A DNA stretch of 63,903 nt, filler included, from Nemertoderma westbladi (GCA_032718475.1; 3 parts of 3 records of this genome joined end to end with filler, not necessarily neighbours in it); one strand, 5' to 3'; shown: positions 10,090 through 24,325, counted from the first letter of the whole stretch. Notes: generated by a model from the sequence alone, not told the origin. Made by a program: numbers and translations.

Positions 10090-11797
10090 AAGGATCACTT
10101 CGAGGAAATATCAACTGATGATGTTGCCAAGCTTATCAAAGATTCAAAACCTAGTCCAGTCCCCGTGATCCACTCCCTACACATATTGTGAAGCAATACC
10201 TTACAACTCTCTTAAGTGTCATTACAATGATAATTAATTTATCACTCACAACTGCTACATTTCCATCATTATTTAAAGAAGCTGTGCTCAATCCCATTAT
10301 CAAGAAGCTACGCCTTGACCCCGAGATACTGAAAAACTTTAGACCTGTTTCAAACCTCTTGTTCATTTCAAAGTTAGTTGAAAAAGCTGTTGCAAACCAA
10401 CTGATGCTCCATCTGAACTTACATAATCTACACGAGCCTATGCAAAGTGCCTATAGACCATTCCACGGAACCGAAACTGCATTCCTTAGGGTCAGCGATG
10501 AGATTCTGAGGGGAATTGATGATGGTTGTGCAGTACTGTTAGTAATGCTCGATCTCAGTGCTGCATTGGATACTGTCGAACACAGTATCTTATTAAATAC
10601 TCTGGAACATGAGATCGGCATTGCAGGGACAGCACTAGATTGGTTTCGATCCTACTTGTCGGGCCGCTCACAACAAGTACGCATTAACAACTCATATTCT
10701 CAACCTCAGCAATTAAGATACGGCCTCCCACAAGGATCAGTACTTGGCCTAATACTATTTACTATTTATACACGTTCACTCGCAAATGTGATAAGGAAAT
10801 ACGGACTGTCCCTACATCTCTACGCAGATGATACTCAAATATACATAACATTTAAGAAATCTAACCTGAATGATGCAGTGGATATCACTGAAAAGTGCCT
10901 TTCCGAAGATAAAAGATGAACTCAGATAAGACTAAAGTGGTCACGCTGCAGTCGCAATTCGGTAAACAAGTTGAATCCCCGCACGTGATAATCGGTTCCG
11001 AGACTATTGGTTGTAGCGCAACTGCGCGTAATATCGGTGTTGAAATCGATTCTCATCTGACACTCCGCAAGCACATTGGAATTACTGTCAGAGAAGCATT
11101 CTATCACCCCAGGAATCTTGGAAAAATTAAGCGCTATTTATCCAAAGATAATCTTGAGATTTTGATTCATGCGCTTGTCACTAGTAAATTGGAAAACTGC
11201 ACCTCCCTTTATTACGGTCTTCCGACTGTTTCCATTAAAAAGCTACAATATGTGCAGAACTGTGCGGCGCGTCTTTTAGTTGGTCTCAAGAAAAGTGACA
11301 GGCAACGAATGACCCCTGTACTAATGCGACTACACTACGTCGGATAGACTATAAAATTGCGCTATGATTACCTACTGTACAAGTGTCTAAATGGAACAGC
11401 ACCAGTATATCTGCGAGATCTACTGTCACCCTACACGCCCTCCCGGTCACTGAGGTCATCTCACTACGAACTGCTGGTGATCCCTAGATTCAACATGGTG
11501 CACTACGGCAAGCGCGCTTTCTCAGTTGTTGCCCCGACTATTTGGAACAAACTGCCAATCAACGTTCGACAATCACCAACCATCGCGGTTGTTAAGTCGA
11601 GGCTAAAAACACACTACTTCCACCTGGAGTACGAGTAAATCTGCATAATCATATTCACACGATGTTATCAATGTCCGTTTTTAATTAAACTGTTTTTATC
11701 TAATTTTTTAGCAATCCTACATTTTAACAGTGCCATGCGCCTTGCTCTTAATTTAGGAAAGGCGCTATATAAATATTTTAATTATTATTATTATTAA
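10090..11797 (+). mobile_element. 5'-truncated L2-clade LINE, RT pseudogene with frameshifts
   Basis: NFRPVSNL, QSAYR..H.TETA, LDLSAA(L)DTV, GLPQGSVLG, YADD, KRAFSVVAPTIWN. Frame breaks near 10916 and 11347. L2-type 3' end gcgcc...ggcgctatataaat followed by (att)n. Confidence 0.92.
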
Positions 11798-12417
11798 TTA
11801 TATTAAGTGATAAGTGGGGGCATCGCCCATAAGTCAAGTAATTAGGCCTACAGAGATGAGCCTTGAGTGGAGGTACAATTAGGGGACCTACAGTAGTAAT
11901 TCGCACCCTAGAGGCCGACAGAGTAAATATATAAGTCTGCATGTGTGTAGAACTTGATTAACTACATGTATAATAGGCCTACCAAGTTTGGTATGCCTTG
12001 CATTTCATTAAAGAATGATCGACTTTTAGTGTTCGAACATTTCCAACGACAAAAACGACGAAAGACGGGTCCACTAAAAGCTCACCTGATTTACGTGGCT
12101 CGCCCCACAGAACAACACATTTTATATGACATCCGGAAACATGCCAGTTTCTAATTAATTACAGGTAAACAGACCTACTGTATTACTAACATTATCATAC
12201 ATGTATTTCTTTGAGTTAATTAACATTATTAATTTAATAATAATATATTAAACAAAAATGATATTCAGTAAATGTCGCGCATGTAGCGTTTTGTGGTTTC
12301 ATTGTTGGTCCTTTTCAGTTTCCAACATTTTAAACTGAATTTTATTGAGCCACCAAGATGTTTAATCCATTTAATGTGAACCGGGAGGCTGAATAAACAA
12401 TACGTAACTTTGGTGGG

Positions 12418-15400
12418 TTAATCTGACAGATTGTCACCGGGTCTTGGGTTAGCGATAACCCGCGACGGACCTGCCAGGCTATGGGGACCACAGCAGGTCG
12501 GATGCAGCAGTGGGTGATGGATGCTGGGTTGGATGTACCTATACCCGAGGCCACCGTAGTACGTAGCATTCCTAATAAACTTGTTGTTGATCCAGGATGC
12601 GGACTCAAAGCGATGTAATCTCTTCTGGGTACCAATCGGAAGCAACCCATAATTAATGAACCCTTCTGCTCTCGAATATGAAGGGCTTTGGGAAGGTAAA
12701 CCCGGAACGGGCAAGTTAATTCCCGACCTCAATTCAACATCAGTTGCTGGTAGCCTGTTGTTGAAGGGCTTTTCATTTTTAGCAGCGATTAAACTTAAAG
12801 CAGAGAACTTTATGCTTTTATGAGGCGGTTTAACATCATCGTCGTAGTGGCTGGTGTCTTTATATTTATCGGAATCGTCTCTTTTTAAGTTTTTCACTAA
12901 TTCTATGATGTGGGGGCCCTCGGTTGGACCTTCCTCATGGTACCGGCGTTTCACACCGCTATCCAATAAACGCATATCTCGATGCGCCAGACCTGTCTCC
13001 CTGAAGCCTTTAGCAAAGGGGTTGTAGTCGATCTTCAGTTGGGTTATCTAGAGTAGAAACAGTAAGTTGGTTGTTAGTTCATACGGTAATGTTGACAATC
13101 TGCTTTAAGTGTGATAGGCAATCTATTTAAATAAGGTTTCGGTTTGCAATCTACTTCAATGTGATTGGCAATTGACTGTATTTAGTTAAGGTTAACTATC
13201 TACTTAAATAAAGTTGGCAATCTACTTAGAGATAAAGTTGGCAATACAACGGTATATGATTGGCCATATCTACTTTAGAAATCCTTTATATACTGTATAT
13301 AATTCCAGTAGAATTTCGAACGAAAAGTGAAGGAAGACCTTGTATTCTTCACATGGGCGCCATATACTCTCGATAAAGTTAGCAAACTATTTAGATGCCG
13401 GTATGGTTGGCAATCTACTGAAATAAAGTTGACAATCTACTTTGATGTGATCAGCAATATACATAGATTCGGTTTGCAATGAACTTTGATACAGTATACA
13501 GTAATGATTATGTTTAAATTGTTATCTAATAGTTGTCTAATAGTCTATAGTTGTCTAATAGTTGTCTAATAGATTTGATATGATGATTATGATTAAGTTG
13601 GTAGTGTGAACGCGAACTTCGATTTTTTAATTAGCAATTTACTTCCATGGGTTTGCTTTAAAGGGTTAGCCTAGCCGTGAACGAAAGCAGTAGGCCTATT
13701 GAACATTCCCGGCACATCGTCGGTATCTACGTATTGGACTAAGATTACAAACCAAGATTATAATAGCAAGAACACATTGTTTGTTAAGATAACCTGTTTA
13801 AACGCCGCAGAAATATTTCTCACCAAAACTAACAGGATACAATAGATAAGTTTTTGCAACTGATATGCAGAGATTAATATCGATTCCCAACATACAGGAT
13901 TTAACAGTACCATCACCGGAAAGGTGGTGGTAGTTTCCCAACAAACAGGATTTAACAATTGACCTACCGGTAATGCGCCCGGAAAGGTGATGCCCAACTC
14001 ACTGATACGATTCTATCAAATCTGTGACCGAAATTTGTTTTATTAGGCCTATACTTTTGTTACGATAAAGAGCTACAGTTGCTGAGGAGTTTATCATTAA
14101 AGTTTAATGTATTTCCGGTGCATTGACTTATACCCCACCCAGATAATGAATGACCAACCTGTTCATTTTGGTAGGCAGTTACAGCAACGAACGAGGTTTC
14201 CGGGAACATATAGGAATGAAACGAGTCCCATTTGATTGAGTAAAGGTCGTTGGCCTCAACAATATGAAACCTAGGCTGGAATTTGTGCATTGAGTTTAAA
14301 ACAATCTAAAAATGACAGGGAAATAAAACAGGATTCGTAATTGGTAACGTAAAATGCAATACTATAAATTACCTATTATTGGCGATACCTGATGTATTAC
14401 TAACGGTATAGTACCTGTTTATTCTGGTTTTTGTGCAAATCCATTGATAATTTGCTAAACGGGATGAAAAGGATATTACTTGCCCGATCACAGAACCTGT
14501 CCACTTCTAATACACCATGATTTAGGTTTAATAGAAACTAGGTTTAGTCAGGTAGATTTATCATTTTATAGTTATAAGGTTCAAATTGAGTGGTTCGCTA
14601 TGTCTAACTATAAACTACCTATTACTAACTTACATGGCCCTGTCTATCCATGTTGTTGTTTGTCAGCTTCAATCGATTAAAAGCCACAACTTGATTCATC
14701 CAAGCCTCCCCGCTGCTGGGTGATTCGGGGTGAATGTATAATCTAAAAGAGTAAAAAAAGTCAAGTTGCCTCCGGACACTTGGCCAGGGAATGCGAAGAA
14801 ATGTGTTGAATGCGGTCCCCCTAGTACAATACTCCCTGGAGGAAATTGATTCTCATTTACTGGCCATTTAAGAATGTAATGCAAAGAGAATGAGCCCAGG
14901 CCATCCTTTTAAAGAATTCTTGCAGACATGAAAACTTCCCATAACTTTGAGCTCGTGCGGGGCTCGAACCCACGATCTTTGAAAAGAGTTGGGCTTAATT
15001 TAAATTAAGATGAAAGTTCATCGTCATGTAGTTTAGAGGGTGGGGTGGAGACAGTGATTGTGAGTTTACTTACCTGCCGATGGGCCGTGGTTCGGCCTTT
15101 CCTGACACCACCCAGTGGGAGTTATGGAATTTATATCGGCAGTCATCCATCGGCGCTAAATCCATCAACATTATGTAATTCTTGTGGGGCTCCAACCCAG
15201 TTATACTGACACGTATTGTTGGGAACATTCTTCTGCAATTACAAACTATGTTTTATTTCACTTCTGCGTATAAATCACAACTGTTATTCTCTCGAACCGT
15301 CACAGTAAAAATTATCGAAAGCAGATGTCTGGTTGTGATATTTGTGCGCAGCCTACTTTGTTTACAATTTATTGGCCATGGCCACTATTTTCGTGTGAAT

Positions 15401-16632
15401 TACGAGAACCAATGAATGAATATAGGCCTATATACTATACATTATATACTTGGACCACGTTTTTTAACTTTACATCTTAAACGCGGATACATCTTGTCCT
15501 TGTGGGATACTTCTCTCACCGCACACACTCGCTCACGCACCCACGCATACCAAAGATCAGACCGTGACGCGGTGCCAACCCATAGGCCTATATCATTTCC
15601 GATTAAGTTGAGGAGAGGCCCTGGGCCCAACACACTTATTACTAGCACTCTAGGAGCCCTTGTAGTATAGAGTTTGTGTCAATGTAGTCCACTATTGTCC
15701 TTTAAGTGATAGGTCGCGGTTTACACCACTCCTTGTCATCTCTTCACTGTGTTAATTTATTTACCAACGATTGAAGTTTTATCGACATACTACTTCTCAG
15801 ACAATGACATAGACGCTTGAAGCTTCAGATATGTCTCATACTTATGTTAACTCCCTGTTGTAATTTAACTTGTCAGATAGTGGCGTATTGACCGCTGGTG
15901 AAAATTGTGATCTTCAGCGCAAATTGACCGCAAGTGAAATAAAGTCTCGTTTATTGTTTTGGTTAGAAAACACCGCCACTGTAACCTACTCTTTTCCCTT
16001 AATCTCTTACATTCAATTAATTTTTCAAACACACTAAACACACATTTACTGTTTGCGTTTATTTTGCGTCATAGACTTGTACAACTCGATTGCGGAAGAG
16101 TAGAAAACATTTACAATGACAAAATTATAAAGTAATAAATATAGCGCACAATCTGAGGCGATCAAATAAATGGACTGCGCTGTAATCTGACCACTGGATC
16201 TCTCTTTTGCTTTTTAGTTTGTGCTTCGGTTTGTGATTGTTGCTTTTTGGTTTGTGTCTGTATTTTCAGGGGAATTGAAGAGTATGATCTGCAGAAAATT
16301 ATATCAGATTGGCTAATAAATCAAATACAATAATATTTCTGAAGTTAATTGATTATTTTGGACTGCTGTTGTATGTTTTATCGACATTTAGGCTTTCTTT
16401 ACTAACCGGCCGCTTTTTGTTATAATCATTTCGGTTCCGAGACAATAAAATTTGTCCCACAGCTCTTTGCCCTCCAGGTTTACTTGTATAACTGATTGTC
16501 GACGGGTCAGTGGTAGACTCGGTGTGTACATGTTGGTGTGGTACGGCGTCGGGTTGTTGCTATAGCGATGCCGGTTGAGTAAACCTTCCACGATCGATAG
16601 TGGAGGATGACGAGGAATGTAACAAACCTCAT
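12418..16632 (-). CDS. T-box transcription factor (Tbx2/3-like with Tbx6- and Tbx4/5-like residues). Exons 16632-16407, 15232-15074, 14742-14634, 14305-14159, 13047-12418; first coding exon not located
   Basis: GT-AG, phase-compatible splicing gives [129 protein letters not shown]...[35 protein letters not shown], a complete T-box. Confidence 0.95.
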
Positions 16633-18950
16633 CTGTAATTTGGAAATTTTAGTATTCAGTTAATGAGTGGGTTTCTTTTGATTCAATACAATTGTGAGGT
16701 TCTCTTGTGTACTGTACATTTTGTCCAGGGAGTTGGTCTTTCAATGGGAAGGCATGAGTTCGATTACTATAAAAGGAACAGCCCAATTGTCGTTAAGCTG
16801 TTCAATAAAGGTTTGGTACAATCTTCGCCCGCGTCCAACCTTTGCCCGATTGATGGAAAGGTTACAGAGAAGGCAGCTTAAAGAGATGGCTTTTTCTAAC
16901 CAAAACAATAAACGATGTTGTTAACACTCATTTTGGGGGCGAAGATAGCTCGTGTGATGTCATCCCTTCCTATATAGAAGAGGGATCCTTCGTGTTTAAC
17001 GTTCATCGATATATGAATATCTGCATGAAACACACTTAGAGCGATAGATCAATTCCGTAAATGTTTCCATCCCGTAAGCACCCCAGCTACTCACTACCCT
17101 ATATTATACTTAAATTCTTACCAGAAGAAAATCCAAATGGCGTGTACAAAGGAAAGATAGGCCTGTTGGTAAGTGGGCCATGGTGAGGAGGGATTACTTC
17201 CTCTTTTCTTAGTATATCCTCGATAGTTGCCATTTTTTTTAGTAAGTACTGTATATATTACCTTTTTTTCATTTAGTGACAGATGCGTTATTTGTAGAAA
17301 ATCGACAGAAGTACGGTAAAAAATCACCTTCTAGAGTAAAGTCATATCTTCTGTAGCGCTTTTAAAGGCACCGAATCTTACAGCTTCATTTGGTGTTACC
17401 TGAGCTGCTAACTTATTCCACAAATGCCAAACTCATTGTCCAATAGTAAAACTTTGTGGTATATTCCTTATGTGTTGGTTCTACCAATGAGGTAAAAGCT
17501 TTTTCTAACATTATTATTGTGCACTTTGATGCTTTTTCTTAACCGGTTTCACGACAAGGTTCAAGGTAAACTTAGTGTAGTTGTGAGTTAGGCTACCTTG
17601 TTTCTTGTTTTTGAATGCCTGTACGCAAACTTGTATTGGCGAGACATTCAAATTTCAGGTGATGCACTTATGCGATGGAATTACTTTAATTCGAAAGTTG
17701 GCCGAAAAAAATATAAACCTAAAGTGCATATAACTAAAGACGATGGACTATTGAAGAAATGAGACGAGGATTTCACGCAACACAAATCCACGCACAAATT
17801 AAATGAGGCCATAATCCTTGCCAAAAATTGCATAATATGGGGTAACTGCTGCGATTGATGCAATAAGTTATGATTTATATAAGTCCTACATATGTTTCCT
17901 TTATTCCTATTGCCATTGAAATTGATTATTTGGAAGAATTACGATATATGGGCATAAAATAGCAAGTTTCATAGAATTTTAGGGATCAATATCTGTTAGA
18001 AGGGCGTGTTCTATTCGATAACTAAGAATATGATTGGAGATTTTGCACTTTTGGAACACTTTAGTCGGCCTATTCGAACTCGATTATTATTCAGGATTCT
18101 AGGAATGCAAAAACTTTATACATGTTTTCCAGTTTGATTAATTCATATCGCGTGCATCCGTATGGGGGTGAATGAGCTGGTAACATATGGTGGTACGGTG
18201 TACGGCTATGAGCAACTGAAATAATAAATTAGCCCCAGATAATATGTGGGACTGATCTATTATCCATTGATTGTCGTAACTTTCCCATTGGACTCAGGTT
18301 CCAGATGGTGGATCCTGGGGACACAGTGACCGTTCTAGCTAATAACAATTACAAAGTGGTGCCTCCATTGCCAGATGGGTCTTAATAAAATAACTAGAGG
18401 AACTATACTCTATCAATCTTTAGGCATGTATCCATTGGCAGTGTTATTTAATATTGTGTAATAATCAATAATTTCGTTATATTAACACAGTTGATTACAG
18501 CACACTCTTGCCATACGATACGACTATCTAAACACTATATTTATAAGTGATTGGTCACTTATAAAGTCGTTGAAGTTTTTTTCTTCAAGGGAAACGGTTA
18601 TTAGAAAATTGAACTAATAAACTGAAAGACATTTTATTATTTAGGATATACTGATATTTATTTTCTATATTTTTTCATAAAACAGTAATATTATATTTTT
18701 TGGATGAACAAAGGTCAGCTGATCAGCTGTGCCATCCCAAACACTAAGTAGTCCACAACTATTAATTGTACACATATCTCGTGTTTCTTTTTTATATTTC
18801 TTAAATGTAAACTAGTAGCCAGTGGGCAGCCTAGGTCAGTCAGTAAATAACACATGAATCTAATGTCGACAAACTTTAGTTCTATTTTATGCATTCAATA
18901 ATATTTAGTTGAAAACTTTTCACCATCTCGGCTGTCACAGTTAATACAAG

Positions 18951-21116
18951 ATGTCGTCGGCATCCACACTCGATATAACCGTGGTTCTAAAGTACTCAAA
19001 GGAAGATGATGATGTGGATGATAACGATACGTCATTAAAACGCGCAGAGTCACTGACACAAATAACAACAACAACTATTAGAGAACGCAACTACATCTTC
19101 AGGAAACCGAATACAAGTCAACCGCCTTCACGGTTCAATTCGCTGCCCCGAAAATCTCGTGTGAAGGAAGTCGAAAAGGATACGTCTGGTGAGGACGATG
19201 TGTTTGATAAAAATAATTTCGACAAGGATGATAACGAATCATTGAAAGGTTTCGGCAAAGGGATTTCACCATCAAAGGTGTGGCGTATGAAGCGATCAGC
19301 GTCAGTGGCTGGTGACGAGAAATACGCCTTGGATAAAACTATCTATAAAAATAAGGGCGCTGAAGTGACAAACGAAAGTGTGAGTACCGAGGAATCAAAG
19401 TTCACGGATGTGCTCAAATACTACCAGGTGTGTGGATATACCTATAAGCAGTAATATTGAATACATTTTATATATTTAAGCCCAATGACAGTATGCAATA
19501 TATATTTGTTTAATTAAACATAATGTTGTTAAGTATTATATTCCGACATTTTATTTTAAGGTATCACGTTACGTAGGTGTTCGTAACGTAGGTTGTATAC
19601 GTTAAGTGTTTGTTACCTAGACTACCTTATAACCTTTTAGAGAACAAATACAGTATATAACATTAATAATTATTATAAACGCCTATTCCATAAATAAGTA
19701 TTACATACTTTTAGAGTAATGAGCAAACAATGAAACTGAAACTAAATGAATTTAAATACACTAACATTAAGCAGCTGTATCAGGATATGAAATTGCAAAG
19801 GCATTCTTCATACAACTTCATAAAGTACGTCAGGCAAATTTTCCAGATTTATGACCCCCATTCCCCCTCTGTCACAAAGTGTCACGCAAGCTGGACGCCC
19901 ACCTCCCCCCTCTGTTACATTTGTAATACCGCCCCACCCCTATTTTATGTCAATAATACAATGTTTTTATGCCAAAATAAAATATTAATCACTATCTTAA
20001 TTTTCCCAGCTTAACAGGTATTACAGTGTTGGAGTCAATGGCTACTATGTCCTCCTCAATTTATCTATTGTACTCAATGTTATTAAGTTCATTGTTTTCC
20101 ATAAAGTTACCCACTTATTTAGAAATATGTTCAGTCAAAGTCAAGCGAACATTAAAGCATAGAACATCGCCGTGACCATCACAAAAGTCGACACCACCGC
20201 CCCCCCCCCCCCCCCCCCCCCCCAGTGCGTGACTTACTTTATGATTTATTATGAATTCAAGCACCACACTTTTTATTACATTTATAATTTGACGTTATTT
20301 AAAAAGAAAGAGCCAGTTAAACAGTAATAATTTAATTTACAGTAACAACTGTAAATGTATATTATACAGTTATTATACACCCAGGACCACACCAGTAAGT
20401 AAGAATAGCCGGAAGATCTCGCAGTTATCATGTAAATTTTCCATAACTCCAGCCAGACGTCTCTTGTAATTTATTGGATGTATCCAATGATCTCGTGAAA
20501 GGAGGTTAGTTTGTTCCCACAGCATATGCAGCAACAGTTTCAATAACTTCATCACTGTCATCCATTGAAAATTAAATGGTATGTGGATGGTCAGGAAAAA
20601 ATATAATTGAATGAAATTGAAACGTAAGAAATAAATAACATATTAGCTATTAATATATAAAATAAAATACGATGCATCTTGCATCTCTAGTGTACGGTGG
20701 GCCTTAGGTGCGATTAGAAATGTGTTGAATAATTATTAGTTGTGTTTAAAGAAATATATGTTAACCAGTTGTAGATAAAAATGGGGTGATACCAAATTAT
20801 GATTATTATATTCAGTGTTTTCTGAACACTTTTTTGGTCATTATTCAATATTATGGTTAAATATATATCTGCGTATATTCCATTCCAGACTTGCGCAACG
20901 TGTAATTCCCCCATTGGGCCTTCCCAATTAAGCTTATCGTACAAGCGCTGGCGTTGGCACGCTACCACACATTGCTTCCGTTGCTCTGTGTGCATGATTC
21001 CACTGTTAGGGAGGCGTTTTAACGACGACAACCTATCCGATACCATCTACTGCTCAGCCTCTTGCAAAAATGTCACAAAGACATTGACCAGGTCTCTCAG
21101 TTGCGTTGCTCCTTGA
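18951..21116 (+). CDS. Protein with a low-complexity N-terminus and one Prickle/Testin-type LIM domain. Exons 18951-19427 and 20889-21116 (~234 aa)
   Basis: The phase-0 donor CAG|gtgtgt at 19427 joins the acceptor ttccag|ACT at 20889 in frame. CATC-x-WHATTHCFRCSVC-x-LLGRRF-x-YCSASC resembles the last LIM of Prickle/Testin. The exon join is inferred. Confidence 0.7.
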
Positions 21117-22898
21117 ACGTATTGGAGTTTGATAAAGACGTTGTAAACACCTATGACTTTGAGTTGAGTTTTGTTTGATAATTTTGAGGTTTGATAATTT
21201 TACATTACGCACAACGATCCTAACTGCATTCGAAAGATAATATTTTAAATTTTATTATAATTGTTCTTGGTGTTATTATCTATATACTTACGCTTGCTGC
21301 CTGTTATTAATACATTACTACGCGCATAAATTGTTAAGCCTATCGATATTGCATTAATCTCTTGTACCTCTATTATTAAAATAAACAATAAAACAATAAT
21401 AACAATAACTATTGGTAATTGTCCAAATATTGAGCATTTTACCGGAACAATTTCATATACAATTTCCTTATTTCTCACACCTTATACAAATTATCAGTAT
21501 CTGCGCCTGTAATTTTACACATTAAATTGGTATAAGCAAGGTACTCTCTCGGCATCGATCTACAAAATACAGGCTCTCGACAAGTTAAGCTCGTCCCGAT
21601 GTGTAGTATGAAAAATAATAAGAACCATTCATCCGTTTGTATCCTGCCTGTAATATAAGATGATCTACTTATATTTCAGCCTTTGTAAGAAACTCAACAT
21701 TGATGTAAAACATTTTCGCAGTGCATTATGTCATGTAATAAGTGGGACAAGTTAGATGGAACAAACGAACTTCAATGCTCGGTATCTCCAATAATTCTCA
21801 GTCATTTCCCATGAAATTTTTACTGGTTTGTTCGCCAATAATAGATTTTATTTTAAGGCACAGCTACGGTATTAACAACCATATGCTCGACATCAACTTT
21901 CAATGAACCGACGTGGGAGAAAAATTTCAAAAATTATCCAAACTTGTACTTTAGATGCTCTTACTCAATAAATATTACGTCGACAATATTATAAATAACT
22001 TGGTTGTTTAGGAACATTTTCCGACTTTCCAATGATATATGATATCATTATATTTGTATGAGTAGTATAAACACAGGCAAGTTTACAAGGTTTTACATTT
22101 TACACTTGAAGTTCATAAATACGCATCTTTGAGAAGATTACGTGGGTGTATTAACTTAAAACAAGCTGACCAATATATAATTTTATACCAATATACCAAT
22201 TTTACCAATATGTAATATAAAATTATCTACTTCCTGAAAAATCGTTGCATGAAAATTCGTTCACTAGATCAAATTCTGTGGATATTTGAAGCAATGTAAA
22301 ATATGATTTTCAATTTTGGCCACTTTTATTGAGAATCGCCCGATTATTGATTCGTGGCTGCACGAAAAACATTAAAGAAACATATAGTTCATAAAAACAT
22401 TTATTTACATATGTTTATCTAAATATTACAAATAAATAAAAATAATATACATTACCGTACTGTATAGTGTTTATATAGGCAGTTAATAATAACTATAACA
22501 TAAGTTGTGAAGTTGGTAGGCAGGAAGTTATACCTGTAATGTAAATAAAATCTAAAATACCTGTAGGCTGAAACATTGCGTATGAGTCATTGCTTCCGAA
22601 GGTCGGAAGGTCACAAAATCTCGGAACTGCGACCAGTTTATACGTCAAAAAAAAACACATCCAATAGCTTAAAGGATTAAGGATAACTTATACCTATAGT
22701 CTAACCCTCTTTACTGCTATGCTATGCTATATACATATATATCTGTATATAGGCAGATAAGTCCTGAAGTCTAGATGTAAAACTGTAAAAGCAGAAAAGT
22801 GATGGAAGAAATGCAGTAAGTACTGAAGTATGAAGTAGGTCACGTGGTACCTACTTATTCCAGGCTGGAGGCTGCCAGCGTGCCAGCGCCAGGTCAAC

Positions 22899-23312
22899 CT
22901 ATTTTCTCTTCATTTTCTTTAACTCATTGCACTTTTCTTCATACTCGATTGCCAGTACCTGATTAACTATTTTATTCAGGATCCTATACATCTCATTGAC
23001 AGTTAATTCACTAACGGGTCTTCCGTACTTCGCGAACAAACAGTTGGGTTGGTTGTTCCGATGTTCCTCCCACGGGTCATCATTCCGCTCCCAACCCTCC
23101 AATATGGCGTAGCAAACGAAACATTTAACTTCGCCGGGGAAATCAGCGCTCTCTGGTGCTTGATAGAAACCCGCTTTCGCCATGTTACTCGCGTTGCATT
23201 TGTTGCGGTTACCGTACTTCCAGTTCGACAAGGTTTGTAGTTTGTCCTCCAGTGATAAGTGGAGGCTCGAGAGGAATTCACGAATAGATGTTTCGATAGG
23301 ATCCGCCATCAT
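22899..23312 (-). CDS. BIRC5: Survivin-like single-BIR protein (intronless)
   Basis: MAKAGFY, VKCFVC, LEGWERNDDPWEEH, PNCLF with CCHC zinc ligands, then a C-terminal helix; 137 aa, typical survivin size. Confidence 0.88.
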   Translation of the reverse strand: MMADPIETSIREFLSSLHLSLEDKLQTLSNWKYGNRNKCNASNMAKAGFYQAPESADFPGEVKCFVCYAILEGWERNDDPWEEHRNNQPNCLFAKYGRPVSELTVNEMYRILNKIVNQVLAIEYEEKCNELKKMKRK

Positions 23313-23597
23313 TCAGTCTGCAGTCATTGGGATGCCTACCACCAGACTATAGTGTACCGCGTACCGGTACAGCAATCAGACAAGACAATACTGCAGTACT
23401 GCAATGACTATTGAAACAAAGAGAATAAAGACAGAAAGAGCACCAGATCGTGAACAGTACTGCAGTACGGTACCAGAGTACTGCAGTACAGCGTACAGTA
23501 CAGTACAGCGTTCAGCTGTCAGTTGTTCCAGTCCAGCAGTAGTCAGGTACCGGTATACGGTAAAACGAACTGTAAGGCCTGACATTGACTGATTGAT

Positions 23598-24235
23598 GAA
23601 CTTAGATCTTTGCGAAACTTAGGTCCTATACTGTATGATCCTATCTGGGTGAACTTAGATCGTAACAAGGCTGCAAGGTGCCTAACTACTGAACTAGGTG
23701 AACTTAGATAATAATAATATTGGTTATTTATATAGCGCTTTTCTACGCTCAGCATACTCAAAGCGCTTTTATTATCATTACCCCAGCAATGCCAGGTTCC
23801 CATTATACCGCTGGGTTGACGTAGGCACTAATGTCTAAAGTGTCTTGCCTAGGGACACAACAGTGCGAAATTTCTACAGCCTTTAGTCAGATTCGAACCT
23901 GCGCCACCAAACACTATTGTATAAGCATAGTTCAGGCGCCGTATCCACTCGGACACTGCGACATTATCCTAACTAGGTGAACATAGATCCTAACTAGGTG
24001 AGCTTCAGAGCTTAGATCCTAACTAGGTGAACTTAGATCCTAACTAGGTGAGCTTAGATCCTAACTATGTGAACTTAGATCCCACTCTTATGCTATTAAA
24101 ATCCTTTGTCTGTTTGTGGCTCTATCACACTACAGGAGCCACTTTTTATATGGACGTTGAGAGCAAAGCGAACTTAGATCCCAATTTTTACAAATTCCTT
24201 AGCCCACGCTAGAGGAGAGGCGAACTTAGATCCCA
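23598..24235. repeat. Degenerate 21-bp tandem repeat (gaacttagatcctaactaggt), interrupted by a SINE
   Basis: gaacttagatc recurs on both sides of the SINE; clearest copies at 23967-24083. Confidence 0.8.
23709..23962 (-). mobile_element. tRNA-derived SINE with conserved central domain and L2-type tail
   Basis: Minus strand: gtcgcagtgtccgagtgg (A-box), ggttcgaatc (B-box), gttgtgtccctaggcaagacactt (CORE/V-like), tail aagcgctttgag...aaaagcgctatataaataa+(att)n. Confidence 0.88.
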
Positions 24236-24325
24236 CTTGTATGGTGCGTTGGCCGCGTTAGGCCTATACCGATATTATAGTACAGTACTGTATTGTACTG
24301 TGTTACATTAAACATAAAAAGGCTC

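Noticed and set aside
14945-14980. B-box-like ggttcgagccc on the minus strand in a T-box intron
   Set aside because: No convincing A-box or cloverleaf; probably a SINE remnant that I cannot delimit.
20370-20398. Possible micro-exon in the LIM gene intron (ag...gtaagt)
   Set aside because: Lengths of 25 or 29 nt break the phase-0 frame between the flanking exons.
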